Assembly (NCBI GenBank): GCA_039028615.1
Contig: JBCCHT010000014.1
Location: 179,710 to 243,709, forward strand
Direction: 5' to 3'
DNA: 64,000 nt
Source of the DNA: Myxococcota bacterium
GTDB taxonomy: Bacteria > Myxococcota_A > Polyangia > Nannocystales > Nannocystaceae
Part shown: piece after piece, positions 1-9,504 of the stretch
Position numbering within the stretch: position 1 is the stretch's first letter
Layout of the letters: each line of letters starts with the position of its first letter
Program-made: the position numbers and the translations under genes
The notes under the pieces: model-generated
What the model was told of the DNA's origin: nothing
What the model saw: the letters and a program-made list of their open reading frames with translations, nothing else
Database searches by the model: none

Positions 1-494
1 CTGTGACCGCACTGGGTGCACGAGGAGCCGCCCTCGGTGGGATCGGGGCCGCCCCAGCCCGCCGCGCGGACCTCGTCGACGAGCACGCCGGCCTGGAACA
101 TCGAGGGCAGGACGATGTGGATCTCGTTGTCGCTGTCGGCCAGGACGTTGATCTCGACGTTGGCCGGGAACCCGATGCCGAACGCGGCCTCGAGGCTGCC
201 GCGAGGATCGGCCAGCAGCTGCGCGCGATAGTCATCGTCCGTCATGGCGCGACTGACCACCTGGGTGGTGATGTCCTGCTCCTGGTCGGTGAGGACCATG
301 GTGCGGGGGATCAACACGTAGACGGACTCGTCGTTCTCCTCGAGGACCCGCACGCTGCAGGTGTCGGAGAAGGTGACGCCGAAGTCTCGCTGAAGCACCA
401 CCTTGGGCTGGTTGACCAGCTCTTGGCGGAAGGCAGGATCCTTCGCCGCTTGGGCGAGCAACGCCGAGACGGGGATGGGGCTGTGGGTCTGCAT
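1..494 (-). CDS. Tandem NHLP-leader domain protein, probable RiPP precursor (3' end lies outside the window)
   Basis: Manual translation from ATG at 494 is open to the window edge: MQTHSPIPVSALLAQAAKDPAFRQELVNQPKVVLQRDFGVTFSDTCSVRVLEENDESVYVLIPRTMVLTDQEQDITTQVVSRAMTDDDYRAQLLADPRGSLEAAFGIGFPANVEINVLADSDNEIHIVLPSMFQAGVLVDEVRAAGWGGPDPTEGGSSCTQCGH. It has two copies of the NHLP pattern (AxxDxxF/YRxxLxxxP...G...VxVxE/D.....vLP). GGAAG lies upstream of the ATG. Confidence 0.85.
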   Translation of the reverse strand, partial: MQTHSPIPVSALLAQAAKDPAFRQELVNQPKVVLQRDFGVTFSDTCSVRVLEENDESVYVLIPRTMVLTDQEQDITTQVVSRAMTDDDYRAQLLADPRGSLEAAFGIGFPANVEINVLADSDNEIHIVLPSMFQAGVLVDEVRAAGWGGPDPTEGGSSCTQCGH

Positions 495-965
495 GGGTAT
501 CGTTCTTCCGTTCGTATTGGGGGAGCGCCCACGGCCCTACGAACACGGGGTCGCGAGCGAGGGCATGCAGGCGACCGTGGAGACACCACGCGTCGGCTCA
601 TGCTCTCGTTCGGGGTAGAGAACGCGGGTACCGCTCGGATCACGAGTTTTTGAAAAAATCTGCCAGTGCACGTCGCGGCGGCCCACGGGCGCGAAACCGA
701 AACGGCAATTGTCGCTCCCGGAATGATGGATTCCATCGAGCCATCGCCGCTCCCAACGCCGCGGAATTGCGAAGGGTCGTGCACGCTTCCGTGAAAGCGG
801 TGTCACGGTTGCAGCGCACAATCATGTGACCTCCAACACCGCAGAGATCGCCGCCGGTCGTTGTGACGAATCGGAGACAAACCAGGGGCGGCCCCGGCTA
901 GTCCTTCGTGCGAGGCTCCGCCGGAACGTTGTCGCCGGGGGGCGTCAGCGATCTGGGGAGTCTTC

Positions 966-2573
966 ATGAGCGACCATGGACTGGGATGGTGCGAGGGTCC
1001 GACCCCTCCTGCCTTCACCGCCGAGACCATCACCGCCGCGGTGCATGATTTCCGGCGCGAGACCTTCGTCGTCCGTCATCCGCACGATGGTTCGATCGGT
1101 GTTGCCCAGGGGGGTGGACTGGGCCCGGGGGGCGGCACCGCGCGGACCTGGCCCGTGCTGGGCATGCTGGCGCCGCTTTTTCCCGAGTGGCTGGGTGACC
1201 GCAGCTTCGCCGAGATCCACGGCGTTCGGTTCCCCTACGTCAGCGGGGCCATGGCCAACGGCATCGCCACCACCGAGCTGGTGACGGCGATGGGCCGGGC
1301 CGGCTTCCTCGGGTTCTTCGGCGCGGCCGGTCTGGGCTTTTCTCGCGTCGAGCAGGCCGTGGCCACCCTGCGCCAGCAGCTGGGCGACCAGGCGCCGTGG
1401 GGCTGCAACCTCATTCACTCGCCGCAAGAGCCTCGCCTCGAAGAGGCGGTGGCGCAGCTGTACCTCGAGCAAGGCGTGCGGCGCGTCTCGGCCGCGGCCT
1501 ATATGCGGCTGACCCCGGCCATCGTCCGCTACGCGGCGAGCGGCCTGAGCACGGGGCCGCAGGGGCAGATCCTGCGGCGCAATGCGGTGTTCGCCAAGAT
1601 TTCCCGCCCCGAGACGGCGCGGCGCTTCATGGAACCGGCTCCTGCCGCCATGCTCGACGCGCTCGTCCAAAAGGGGCAACTCACCGCCGACGAGGCCGCG
1701 CTCGCCCGCCACGTGCCGGTCGCGGAGGACATCACCGTCGAGTCGGACTCGGGCGGCCACACCGACAACCGGCCGCTCGGGGCCCTATTGCCGCTCATCA
1801 TCTCCGAGCGCGACACCATCGCCGCCGCCCGCGGCTACACCCGCCCCATCCGCGTGGGTGCGGCGGGAGGCATGGGCGCCCCCCGCTCGGTCGCGGCCGC
1901 GTTCGCGATGGGAGCGGCCTACGTGCTCACCGGCTCCGTCAACCAGGCCTGCGTGGAGTCCGGGCTCGATGCCAGCGGACGCCAGATGCTGGCCGAGGCC
2001 GGGGTCGCCGACGTGATGATGGCCCCTGCCGCCGACATGTTCGAGCTCGGCGTGGACGTGCAGGTCCTGCGTCGCGGCACCATGTTCGCGGTCCGGGCTC
2101 GACAGCTGTACTCGCTGTATCGCGCCCACCAAAGCTGGGACGAGATCGCCGCGGACGAGCGCAGCAAGGTCGAAGACCAGCTGCTGCGCTGCTCCTTCGC
2201 CGACGCCTGGGACTCCACGCGCCGCTTCTGGGAAGAGCGCGACCCCACGCAGATCGAGCGCGCCGACGCCGATCCCCGCCACCGCATGGCGCTGGTCTTC
2301 CGCTCCTATCTCGGCCGCTCGAGCCGCTGGGCCATCGACGGCCAGCTCGATCGCCGCGCCGACTATCAGATCTGGTGTGGCCCCGCGATGGGTGCCTTCA
2401 ACGACTGGGTCCGCGACAGCTTCCTCGCCGCCCCGCCGAAGCGCACCGTGGTGCAGGTCGCCCGCAACCTCATGGAAGGCGCGGCCGTGGTCACCCGCGC
2501 GCAACAACTTCGCTCCTACGGGGTCGCCGTGCCCCCGACCGCCTTCGACTTCCGCCCCCGTCCCTTGGGTTAG
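966..2573 (+). CDS. pfa1: PUFA synthase enoyl reductase (PfaD/Pfa1 family)
   Basis: Motifs YVSGAMANGI, FAKISRPE, ESDSGGHTDNRP, GAAGG, TGSVNQ, MAPAADMFELGVDVQVL and YQIWCGPAMGAFN are typical of PfaD. GGGGAG RBS upstream. Confidence 0.95.
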   Translation: MSDHGLGWCEGPTPPAFTAETITAAVHDFRRETFVVRHPHDGSIGVAQGGGLGPGGGTARTWPVLGMLAPLFPEWLGDRSFAEIHGVRFPYVSGAMANGIATTELVTAMGRAGFLGFFGAAGLGFSRVEQAVATLRQQLGDQAPWGCNLIHSPQEPRLEEAVAQLYLEQGVRRVSAAAYMRLTPAIVRYAASGLSTGPQGQILRRNAVFAKISRPETARRFMEPAPAAMLDALVQKGQLTADEAALARHVPVAEDITVESDSGGHTDNRPLGALLPLIISERDTIAAARGYTRPIRVGAAGGMGAPRSVAAAFAMGAAYVLTGSVNQACVESGLDASGRQMLAEAGVADVMMAPAADMFELGVDVQVLRRGTMFAVRARQLYSLYRAHQSWDEIAADERSKVEDQLLRCSFADAWDSTRRFWEERDPTQIERADADPRHRMALVFRSYLGRSSRWAIDGQLDRRADYQIWCGPAMGAFNDWVRDSFLAAPPKRTVVQVARNLMEGAAVVTRAQQLRSYGVAVPPTAFDFRPRPLG

Positions 2574-2576
2574 GTC

Positions 2577-5500
2577 ATGACCGATTCCAAACGACCTCCT
2601 TTGGCCATCGTCGGTGCTTCGGCACTGTTCCCCGGTTCCCCGGATGCCACCGGGTTCTGGCACGACATCCTGCGCGGCCAGGACCTGCTCACCGAGATCC
2701 CGAAGAGTCACTGGCTCATCGAGGACTACTACGACCCCGACCCCAAGGCGCGCGACAAGACCTATGCCCGTCGCGGTGGGTTCATCGACCCGGTGGACTT
2801 CGATGCCGTCACCTGGGGCGTGCCGCCGGCCATCATCAAGGCCACGGACACCTCGCAGCTGCTGGGGCTCATCGTCGCCGAGCAGGTGCTGCGCGACGCC
2901 GCGCGCGAGCGCTTCGAGACCATCGACCGCTCGCGCATGTCGGTGATCTTGGGGGTGACCTCGGCCCAGGAGCTGCTCGCCGCGATGGTCAGCCGGCTGC
3001 AGCGCCCCGTATGGGTGAAGTCGCTGCGCGAGCAGGGCCTGCCCGAAGACGAGGTCCAGGCCGCCTGCGACCGCATCGCCGACCACTACGTCGAGTGGGA
3101 AGAGAGCAGCTTCCCCGGCTTGCTCGGCAACGTGGTGGCGGGTCGCATCGCCAACCGGCTCGATCTCGGCGGCACCAACTGCGTGACCGATGCCGCCTGC
3201 GCCTCGACCTTCTCCGCGCTGTCGATGGCCGCGCAGGAGCTCTACCTCGGGGACTCTGATCTCGTGATCACCGGAGGGGTCGACACCCTCAACGAGATCT
3301 TCATGTTCATGTGTTTCAGCAAGACCCCGGCGCTGTCGCTGTCGGGGGACTGCCGGCCCTTCTCCGACCAAGCCGACGGCACGATGCTCGGCGAGGGTCT
3401 GGGCATGGTGGCCCTGCGTCGCCTCGAAGACGCCGAGCGCGACGGAGACCGCATCTACGCCGTGATTCGGGGCATCGGCGCGTCGTCGGACGGTCGCAGC
3501 AAGAGCGTGTACGCGCCCGTGTCCGCCGGTCAGGCCAAGGCCCTGTCGCGCGCCTACGAGCACGCGGGCTACGAGCCGAGCACGGTCGAGCTGGTCGAGG
3601 CCCACGGCACGGGCACCAAGGCCGGCGATGCGGCCGAGCTGGGCGGGCTGCGGCTCGTGTTCGACACCGAGGGCACCGATCGCCGTCAGTGGTGTGGCCT
3701 CGGCTCGGTGAAGTCGCAGATCGGGCACACCAAGGCAGCCGCGGGCGCGGCGGGCCTGTTCAAGGCGGTGATGGCCCTGCACCACAAGGTGCTGCCGCCC
3801 ACGATCAAGGTGGACACGCCCAACCCCAAGCTCTCGCTCGAGGACTCGGCGTTTTACGTCAACACCCAGGCCCGCCCGTGGGTCCGCAGCAGCGACCACC
3901 CGCGCCGCGCCAGCGTGAGCGCCTTCGGCTTCGGCGGATCCAACTTCCACATCACGCTCGAGGAGTACGACGGGCCCGCCCCGCGAGCCGAGCGACTGCG
4001 AACCTGGCCGAGCGAGCTGGTCGTGCTGTGCGGCGACGATGTCGTGGCGCAGGCCCGGCAGTGGGCCGAGCGCGCCGACGAGACCGAGCTTCTGCCCTTC
4101 GCCGCCTGGACGACCCAGCGCAGCTACGACGCCACCGCCAAGCGACGGCTGGCGGTCGTCGCCTCCACGGGCGACGAGCTGCGCACCCGGCTGCTCGCCG
4201 CCGCCAAGCGGATCGAGGCCGCGCCCGACGATGGGTTCGAACTGCCCGATGGCACCCGCTACGGCGTCGGAGAAGTGAGCGGCGGCGTGGCCCTGCTCTT
4301 CCCGGGGCAAGGCAGCCAATACGTCGGCATGGGGGCGGACCTGGCCATGGGTCTGGACCGAGCCCGCGCCGCGTGGGACCGCGTCGCCGAGCACCCCATG
4401 GACGGGGCGCGGCTCGACCACCAGGTGTTTCCCATCCCCCGCTTCAACGATGCCGATCGCGAGGCGGACACCCAGCGACTGCGGGCGACGCAGTGGGCCC
4501 AGCCGGCCATCGGCTGCACCAGCGCCTCGATGCTCGCCGTCGTGAAGAGCCTCGGCATCGAGGCCCAGGCGGTCGCCGGGCACAGCTTCGGTGAGATCAC
4601 CGCCCTGCACGCCGCGGGTGCGCTGGATGCCGACGCCCTGGTCGCGGTGGCCCGTCGCCGCGGCGAGCTGATGGCCGATGCCAAGGAGCCCGGAGCGATG
4701 GTCGCCGTCTCGGCCCCCGTCGACGACGTGCGCCCGATTCTGCAAGCCCACCCCGACGTGGTGCTGGCCAATCACAACGCACCGCGCCAGGCCGTCCTCA
4801 GCGGACCCGTCGACGCGATCGAGCGCGCCGAAGCGGCGATCAAAGCCGCGGGCTTGCGGGCGACCCAGCTCCCCGTGTCCTCCGCGTTTCACTCCCCGGT
4901 CGTGGCCGGCTGCGTGGCGCCCTTTGGCGAGTTCTTGGCCGGCATCGAGTTCGAGCGGCCGGGGCTGCCCGTGTACTCGGCCGAGTCCGCGGCGCCCTAC
5001 GAGCCCGACGCGGCCGCGATCCGAGCCCGCCTCGGCCGTCAGATCGCCGAGCCCGTGCGCTTCGTGGACACCATCGAGGCCATGGCCGCATCGGGTGCAC
5101 ACACCTTCATCGAGGTCGGCCCCGGCTCGGTCCTCAGCGGCTTGGTCGGTCGCATCCTGAAGGGGCGCCCGCACGCCGCGGTGTCCATCGATCGCAAGGG
5201 TCGCAACGGCCTCGAGTCTCTGAACCTCGCACTGGCCCAGCTCGTCGCGCTCGGCGTGCCGATGCAGCTGGCGCCGCTGTGGGATGGCCATCGCGAGCCC
5301 CTCGATCCGGCATCGCGGCCCAAGCCCAAGCTGGCCATCCCTCTCACCGGTACCAACTACGGAAAGCTCTACCCGCCGCCGGGTGGCGCTGCCGATCTTC
5401 CCGCTCCCAATCCCCCGCGTGCTGCCATGTCTCGAGAAGCGAATCGTCCATCGAACCCCGCCCCGAGCTCCACGCCCACCATCGTGCCGGCCGAGACGCC

Positions 5501-8500
5501 GACGCCCGCCGCGGCTCCCCCTGCGGCCGCCCTGCCCGCGCCCACGCCCATGGTGGCGGCCCCCGTCGCGCCTGCGTCCGCTCCGTTCGTGGCGGCCCCC
5601 GCCCCCGCGGCGCCCCTGGTGACCCCCGCGGCACAGGCCCCCGCGGGATGGCTCGCGGCCTGGCAGCAGGCGCAAGAGCAGACCGCTCAGACCCACGCGC
5701 TCTTTCAGCAGACCATGGCGCAGTCCCACGCGGCGTTCCTGCGCACGGCGGAGGCGAGCCTGATGGGATTGGCCGCGATGGCGGGTGCTCCGGCGACGGC
5801 CGGGATGAACGCGTCCGTCGCCGTGCAGCCGGCCGTGCCCGCCCCCGCTCCGATGCCCGCCGCGGCTCCGCCTGCATGGGCGCCCGCTCCCGCTGCGCCG
5901 GCACCGATGGCGGCTCCGCCTGCGATGCCGGTCGCCCCCCCGAGCCCGGTTGCCGCCGCCCCGGCGCCCACTCCCGTGGCTCCTGCACCCGCCGTGCAAG
6001 CGGCTCCGCCCGTCGCCGCGGCAGCGAAGCCCGCGATCGACCTCGAAGCGGTGATGCTCGAGGTGGTCTCCGACAAGACCGGCTATCCGCAGGACATGCT
6101 CGAGCTGTCCATGGACATGGAGGCCCAGCTCGGCATCGACTCCATCAAGCGCGTCGAGATCCTCGCCGCCGTCCAGGAGCGCGCCCCGGGCATGCCCGAG
6201 GTCGATGCCTCCCACATGTCCAGCCTCACCACCCTCGGCCAGATCGTCGACTACATGCGTGACCTGATGGGTGAGGCGGCGCCCGCTGCCGCCCCGGCCA
6301 GCAGCGCGGCCCCGGCCAGCCCCTCCGTCGATCTGGAGCGCCTCATGCTCGAGGTGGTCGCCGACAAGACCGGCTATCCGCAGGACATGCTCGAGCTGTC
6401 CATGGACATGGAGGCCCAGCTCGGCATCGACTCCATCAAGCGCGTCGAGATCCTCGCCGCCGTGCAGGAGCGCGCCCCGGGCATGCCCGAGGTCGACGCC
6501 TCCCACATGTCCAGCCTCACCACCCTCGGGCAGATCGTCGACTACATGCGTGGTTTGCTCGGTGCGGCGGCCCCCGCTGCGGCGCCCACCAACGCGCCCG
6601 CGGCCAGCCCCGCCGTCGACCTCGAGCGCCTGATGCTCGAGGTGGTCGCCGACAAGACCGGCTACCCCCAGGACATGCTCGAGCTGTCCATGGACATGGA
6701 AGCGCAGCTCGGCATCGACTCCATCAAGCGCGTCGAGATCCTCGCCGCCGTGCAGGAGCAGGCCCCGGGCATGCCCGAGGTCGATGCCTCCCACATGTCG
6801 AGCCTCACCACCCTGGGGCAGATCGTCGACTACATGCGCGGCCTGCTGGGCAGCACCGCCCAAGCCGCTGCCCCGGCCGACGTGGCTGCAGCGGCTCCCG
6901 CGGTGGACCTCGAGGCGCTCATGCTCGAAGTGGTCGCCGACAAGACCGGCTATCCGCAGGACATGCTCGAGCTGTCCATGGACATGGAAGCTCAGCTGGG
7001 CATCGACTCCATCAAGCGCGTCGAGATCCTCGCTGCCGTCCAGGAACGTGCCCCGGGCATGCCCGAGGTCGATGCCTCCCACATGTCCAGCCTCGCCACG
7101 CTGGGGCAGATCGTCGACTACATGCGCGGCCTGCTCGGCGGCGCCCCGCAGCCGATTCCCACCGCTGGCACCGCCCCCTCCGAAGGCTCGAGCCCGGACA
7201 TCGAAGGTCCCCCGCTCGGTCGCTTCGCCCTCGAGCTCCGAGACGCGCCCGCGGTCGGACTGGCGCAGCCGGGCCTGTTCGGAGACGACGGCGTCGTAGT
7301 CAGCTCCGATGGTGGACCCGTCGCCGCCGCGCTGGTGGCCGAGCTGACGCGTCGTGGCGTGCCCGCACGCGAGGCCGAGGTCACCGACACCACCACCGCC
7401 GCCATCTTCCTCGGCGGCCTCCGGGCGGTGCAGACGGCCGATGACGCGGTCGCCGTGCAGCGCGAGGCCTTCACCACCGCTCGCACGCTGGCCCCGCGCC
7501 TGAGCACCACGGGCGGCCTGTGGGTCACCGTGCAGGACACCGGGGGCGGCTTTGGCCTCGAGCCCTGCCCGCCTGTGCGCGCGTACCTGGGGGGCATCCC
7601 GGCCCTGGTCAAGACGGCCCGCCAAGAGTGGCCCCACGCTAGCCTCAAGTCGATCGACATCGACGTCGGAGGCCGCAGTGCGGAGCAGATCGCCAACGCC
7701 CTCGCCGACGAGTTGCTCGGCGGTGGTGGTGAGATCGAGGTCGCGCTGTCGACCGACGGCACTCGTCGCACGCTGCGGTCCTTCGCGGCCGAGGTGGAGC
7801 CCGCCGCGTCGGTGGTGGGGCCACAGGACGTCATCGTGGTCTCCGGCGGCGCCCGAGGGGTGACCTCCGCCTGTGTCCGCGAGTGGGCGGCCGACAGCGG
7901 TGCGCGCTTCGTGCTGCTGGGCCGGACCCCGCTCACCGACGAGCCCGCCGGGCTCCAGGGCGACGAAGACGACGCCGCGCTCAAGCGAGTGCTGCTCCAG
8001 CAGGCCCGCGACCGCGGCGAGCGACCCTCCCCCGTCGAGCTGTCGCGCCAGACCTCGGCCATCCTCTCCGGCCGCGAGATCCGAGCCACGCTGTCCGCCC
8101 TACAGGGCATCGGGGTGAAGGCGCGCTACGAGGCGGTCGACGTCACCAATGCCGACGCCCTGGCCTCCACGCTGGCCGAGGTACGTACGCAGTGGGGCCC
8201 GATCACGGGGCTGGTGCACGGCGCGGGCGTCCTCGCCGACAAGCCCATCGCCGCGCTCGACGACGCCTCGTTCAACCGGGTCTTCGACACCAAGGTCACC
8301 GGCCTCCGAGCGCTGCTGCACGCCACCCGCGACGACTCGCTCAAGGTGCTGGCGATGTTCAGCTCCGTCTCCGCCCGCTGCGGCAACAACGGCCAGAGCG
8401 CGTACGCGATGGCCAACGAGGTGCTCAACAAGGTCGCCCAGGCCGAGGCACGCGCCCGGGGTCCGCAGGTCCGCGTCCGCTCGCTGGGCTGGGGCCCGTG

Positions 8501-9500
8501 GGAGGGCGGCATGGTCAACCCGGCCCTACGCAAGCGCTTCGCCGAGCTGGGCGTCCCGATGATCCCGCTGGACGTCGGGGCCCGCATGCTGGCCGACGAG
8601 CTGCGAGCCCCGCACGCCGAGTCGGTAGAGCTGGTGCTGGGCGGTGAGCCCCGAGCCGAGGCTCTTTTGGTCAAGGGCAGCGAAGATCGACGGCTCGAGC
8701 TGGAGGTCCACGTCGGCCAAGGCACGCATGGCTATCTCGCCGACCACTCCATCGGTGGTGCCGCGGTCGTCCCCGTCGTGCTCGCCATGGAGTGGATGAC
8801 CCGCCTCGCCCGCGCCTTCCGGCCCGACCTCGAGCTGCGCTCCATCGACAAGCTTCGGGTGCTGCGGGGCATCAAGCTGTCCGGCTTCGACGGCGGCGGC
8901 GACCGCTTCACCTTGCGCGCCCGCACGCTCCGCAACGGCCACGGGGCGATCCTCGAGCTCGAGGTCCTCGGCTCGGATGGAACGCCGCACTACCGCTCCG
9001 AGGCCACGATGGCCGCCAAGGAGGACCCGGCGCCGCCCTCGTCGTCGCCCTCTTCGCCCCGGCTCGAAGCGTGGAGCGGCAGCTCCATCTACGGCGACGT
9101 GCTCTTCCACGGCGACAAGTTCCAGGTCATCGAGTCGCTCGAGGGCGTGGGCGCTGATGGCATCGCCGGCACGCTCAAGGGCGTGGACCGAGCGGGCTGG
9201 ACCTGGGAGAGCTGGCAGACCGACGCCGCCGCGCACGACGGTGGCCTCCAGCTCGCCGTGCTGTGGGCACGTCACCAGCTGGGCCGCGCCATGCTGCCCA
9301 TGGGAATCGAAGCGCTGAAGCTCTCGGGCCAACCGGTGGTCGAAGGGCCCCTGCGCTGCTTTGCCCGATGCCGCGAAACCGACGCGTCGCGAGTGACGGC
9401 CGACCTGGCCTTCGTCGACGCCGAGGGCCGCGTGATCAGTGAGCTGCGGGGGGCCGAGCTGGTCGCCCGTCCCGACATGCCGTCGATCGCCCGGGGCTGA
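2577..9500 (+). CDS. pfa2: PUFA synthase subunit: KS-MAT-4xACP-KR-PKS-type DH (PfaA/Pfa2 family)
   Basis: KS: DAACAS, EAHGTGT, GHTKAAAG. AT: FPGQGSQ, GHSFG, SSAFHS. Four ACPs: LGIDSIKRVEIL. KR: SGGARGVT, HGAGVLAD, YAMAN. DH: LADHSIGGAAVVP. Confidence 0.95.
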   Translation: MTDSKRPPLAIVGASALFPGSPDATGFWHDILRGQDLLTEIPKSHWLIEDYYDPDPKARDKTYARRGGFIDPVDFDAVTWGVPPAIIKATDTSQLLGLIVAEQVLRDAARERFETIDRSRMSVILGVTSAQELLAAMVSRLQRPVWVKSLREQGLPEDEVQAACDRIADHYVEWEESSFPGLLGNVVAGRIANRLDLGGTNCVTDAACASTFSALSMAAQELYLGDSDLVITGGVDTLNEIFMFMCFSKTPALSLSGDCRPFSDQADGTMLGEGLGMVALRRLEDAERDGDRIYAVIRGIGASSDGRSKSVYAPVSAGQAKALSRAYEHAGYEPSTVELVEAHGTGTKAGDAAELGGLRLVFDTEGTDRRQWCGLGSVKSQIGHTKAAAGAAGLFKAVMALHHKVLPPTIKVDTPNPKLSLEDSAFYVNTQARPWVRSSDHPRRASVSAFGFGGSNFHITLEEYDGPAPRAERLRTWPSELVVLCGDDVVAQARQWAERADETELLPFAAWTTQRSYDATAKRRLAVVASTGDELRTRLLAAAKRIEAAPDDGFELPDGTRYGVGEVSGGVALLFPGQGSQYVGMGADLAMGLDRARAAWDRVAEHPMDGARLDHQVFPIPRFNDADREADTQRLRATQWAQPAIGCTSASMLAVVKSLGIEAQAVAGHSFGEITALHAAGALDADALVAVARRRGELMADAKEPGAMVAVSAPVDDVRPILQAHPDVVLANHNAPRQAVLSGPVDAIERAEAAIKAAGLRATQLPVSSAFHSPVVAGCVAPFGEFLAGIEFERPGLPVYSAESAAPYEPDAAAIRARLGRQIAEPVRFVDTIEAMAASGAHTFIEVGPGSVLSGLVGRILKGRPHAAVSIDRKGRNGLESLNLALAQLVALGVPMQLAPLWDGHREPLDPASRPKPKLAIPLTGTNYGKLYPPPGGAADLPAPNPPRAAMSREANRPSNPAPSSTPTIVPAETPTPAAAPPAAALPAPTPMVAAPVAPASAPFVAAPAPAAPLVTPAAQAPAGWLAAWQQAQEQTAQTHALFQQTMAQSHAAFLRTAEASLMGLAAMAGAPATAGMNASVAVQPAVPAPAPMPAAAPPAWAPAPAAPAPMAAPPAMPVAPPSPVAAAPAPTPVAPAPAVQAAPPVAAAAKPAIDLEAVMLEVVSDKTGYPQDMLELSMDMEAQLGIDSIKRVEILAAVQERAPGMPEVDASHMSSLTTLGQIVDYMRDLMGEAAPAAAPASSAAPASPSVDLERLMLEVVADKTGYPQDMLELSMDMEAQLGIDSIKRVEILAAVQERAPGMPEVDASHMSSLTTLGQIVDYMRGLLGAAAPAAAPTNAPAASPAVDLERLMLEVVADKTGYPQDMLELSMDMEAQLGIDSIKRVEILAAVQEQAPGMPEVDASHMSSLTTLGQIVDYMRGLLGSTAQAAAPADVAAAAPAVDLEALMLEVVADKTGYPQDMLELSMDMEAQLGIDSIKRVEILAAVQERAPGMPEVDASHMSSLATLGQIVDYMRGLLGGAPQPIPTAGTAPSEGSSPDIEGPPLGRFALELRDAPAVGLAQPGLFGDDGVVVSSDGGPVAAALVAELTRRGVPAREAEVTDTTTAAIFLGGLRAVQTADDAVAVQREAFTTARTLAPRLSTTGGLWVTVQDTGGGFGLEPCPPVRAYLGGIPALVKTARQEWPHASLKSIDIDVGGRSAEQIANALADELLGGGGEIEVALSTDGTRRTLRSFAAEVEPAASVVGPQDVIVVSGGARGVTSACVREWAADSGARFVLLGRTPLTDEPAGLQGDEDDAALKRVLLQQARDRGERPSPVELSRQTSAILSGREIRATLSALQGIGVKARYEAVDVTNADALASTLAEVRTQWGPITGLVHGAGVLADKPIAALDDASFNRVFDTKVTGLRALLHATRDDSLKVLAMFSSVSARCGNNGQSAYAMANEVLNKVAQAEARARGPQVRVRSLGWGPWEGGMVNPALRKRFAELGVPMIPLDVGARMLADELRAPHAESVELVLGGEPRAEALLVKGSEDRRLELEVHVGQGTHGYLADHSIGGAAVVPVVLAMEWMTRLARAFRPDLELRSIDKLRVLRGIKLSGFDGGGDRFTLRARTLRNGHGAILELEVLGSDGTPHYRSEATMAAKEDPAPPSSSPSSPRLEAWSGSSIYGDVLFHGDKFQVIESLEGVGADGIAGTLKGVDRAGWTWESWQTDAAAHDGGLQLAVLWARHQLGRAMLPMGIEALKLSGQPVVEGPLRCFARCRETDASRVTADLAFVDAEGRVISELRGAELVARPDMPSIARG
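6036..7140 (+). repeat. Four near-identical tandem ACP-coding repeats (unit about 290 bp) inside pfa2
   Basis: GACAAGACCGGCTA..CAGGACATGCTCGAGCTGTCCATGGACATGGA..GGCATCGACTCCATCAAGCGCGTCGAGATCCTCGC occurs four times, separated by variable Ala/Pro linkers. Confidence 0.95.
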
Positions 9501-9504
9501 GCCC

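Noticed and set aside
3..20. CTQCGH as a nitrile hydratase alpha-subunit metal site (CTLCSC)
   Set aside because: The Ser-Cys part is missing and the motif lies after the leader-like domains rather than within one. A RiPP core fits better.
3..653. 216-aa plus-strand ORF and other listed ORFs at the left edge
   Set aside because: These are shadows of the NHLP gene; the plus ORF is its in-register antisense frame and has no recognisable motifs.
651..666. Sigma54 promoter for the NHLP gene (TGGCAG-ATTTT-TTCA)
   Set aside because: The -24 element fits but the -12 GC is absent.
6036..7140. Repeats with variable spacers as a CRISPR array
   Set aside because: The units are ~290 bp, in frame and encode ACP domains. 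No cas genes are present.
1785..7637. 1950-aa minus-strand ORF and many similar long antisense or alternate-frame ORFs throughout the window
   Set aside because: They are expected from high-GC codon bias opposite real genes, and they are Arg/Gly/Pro-rich with no domains.
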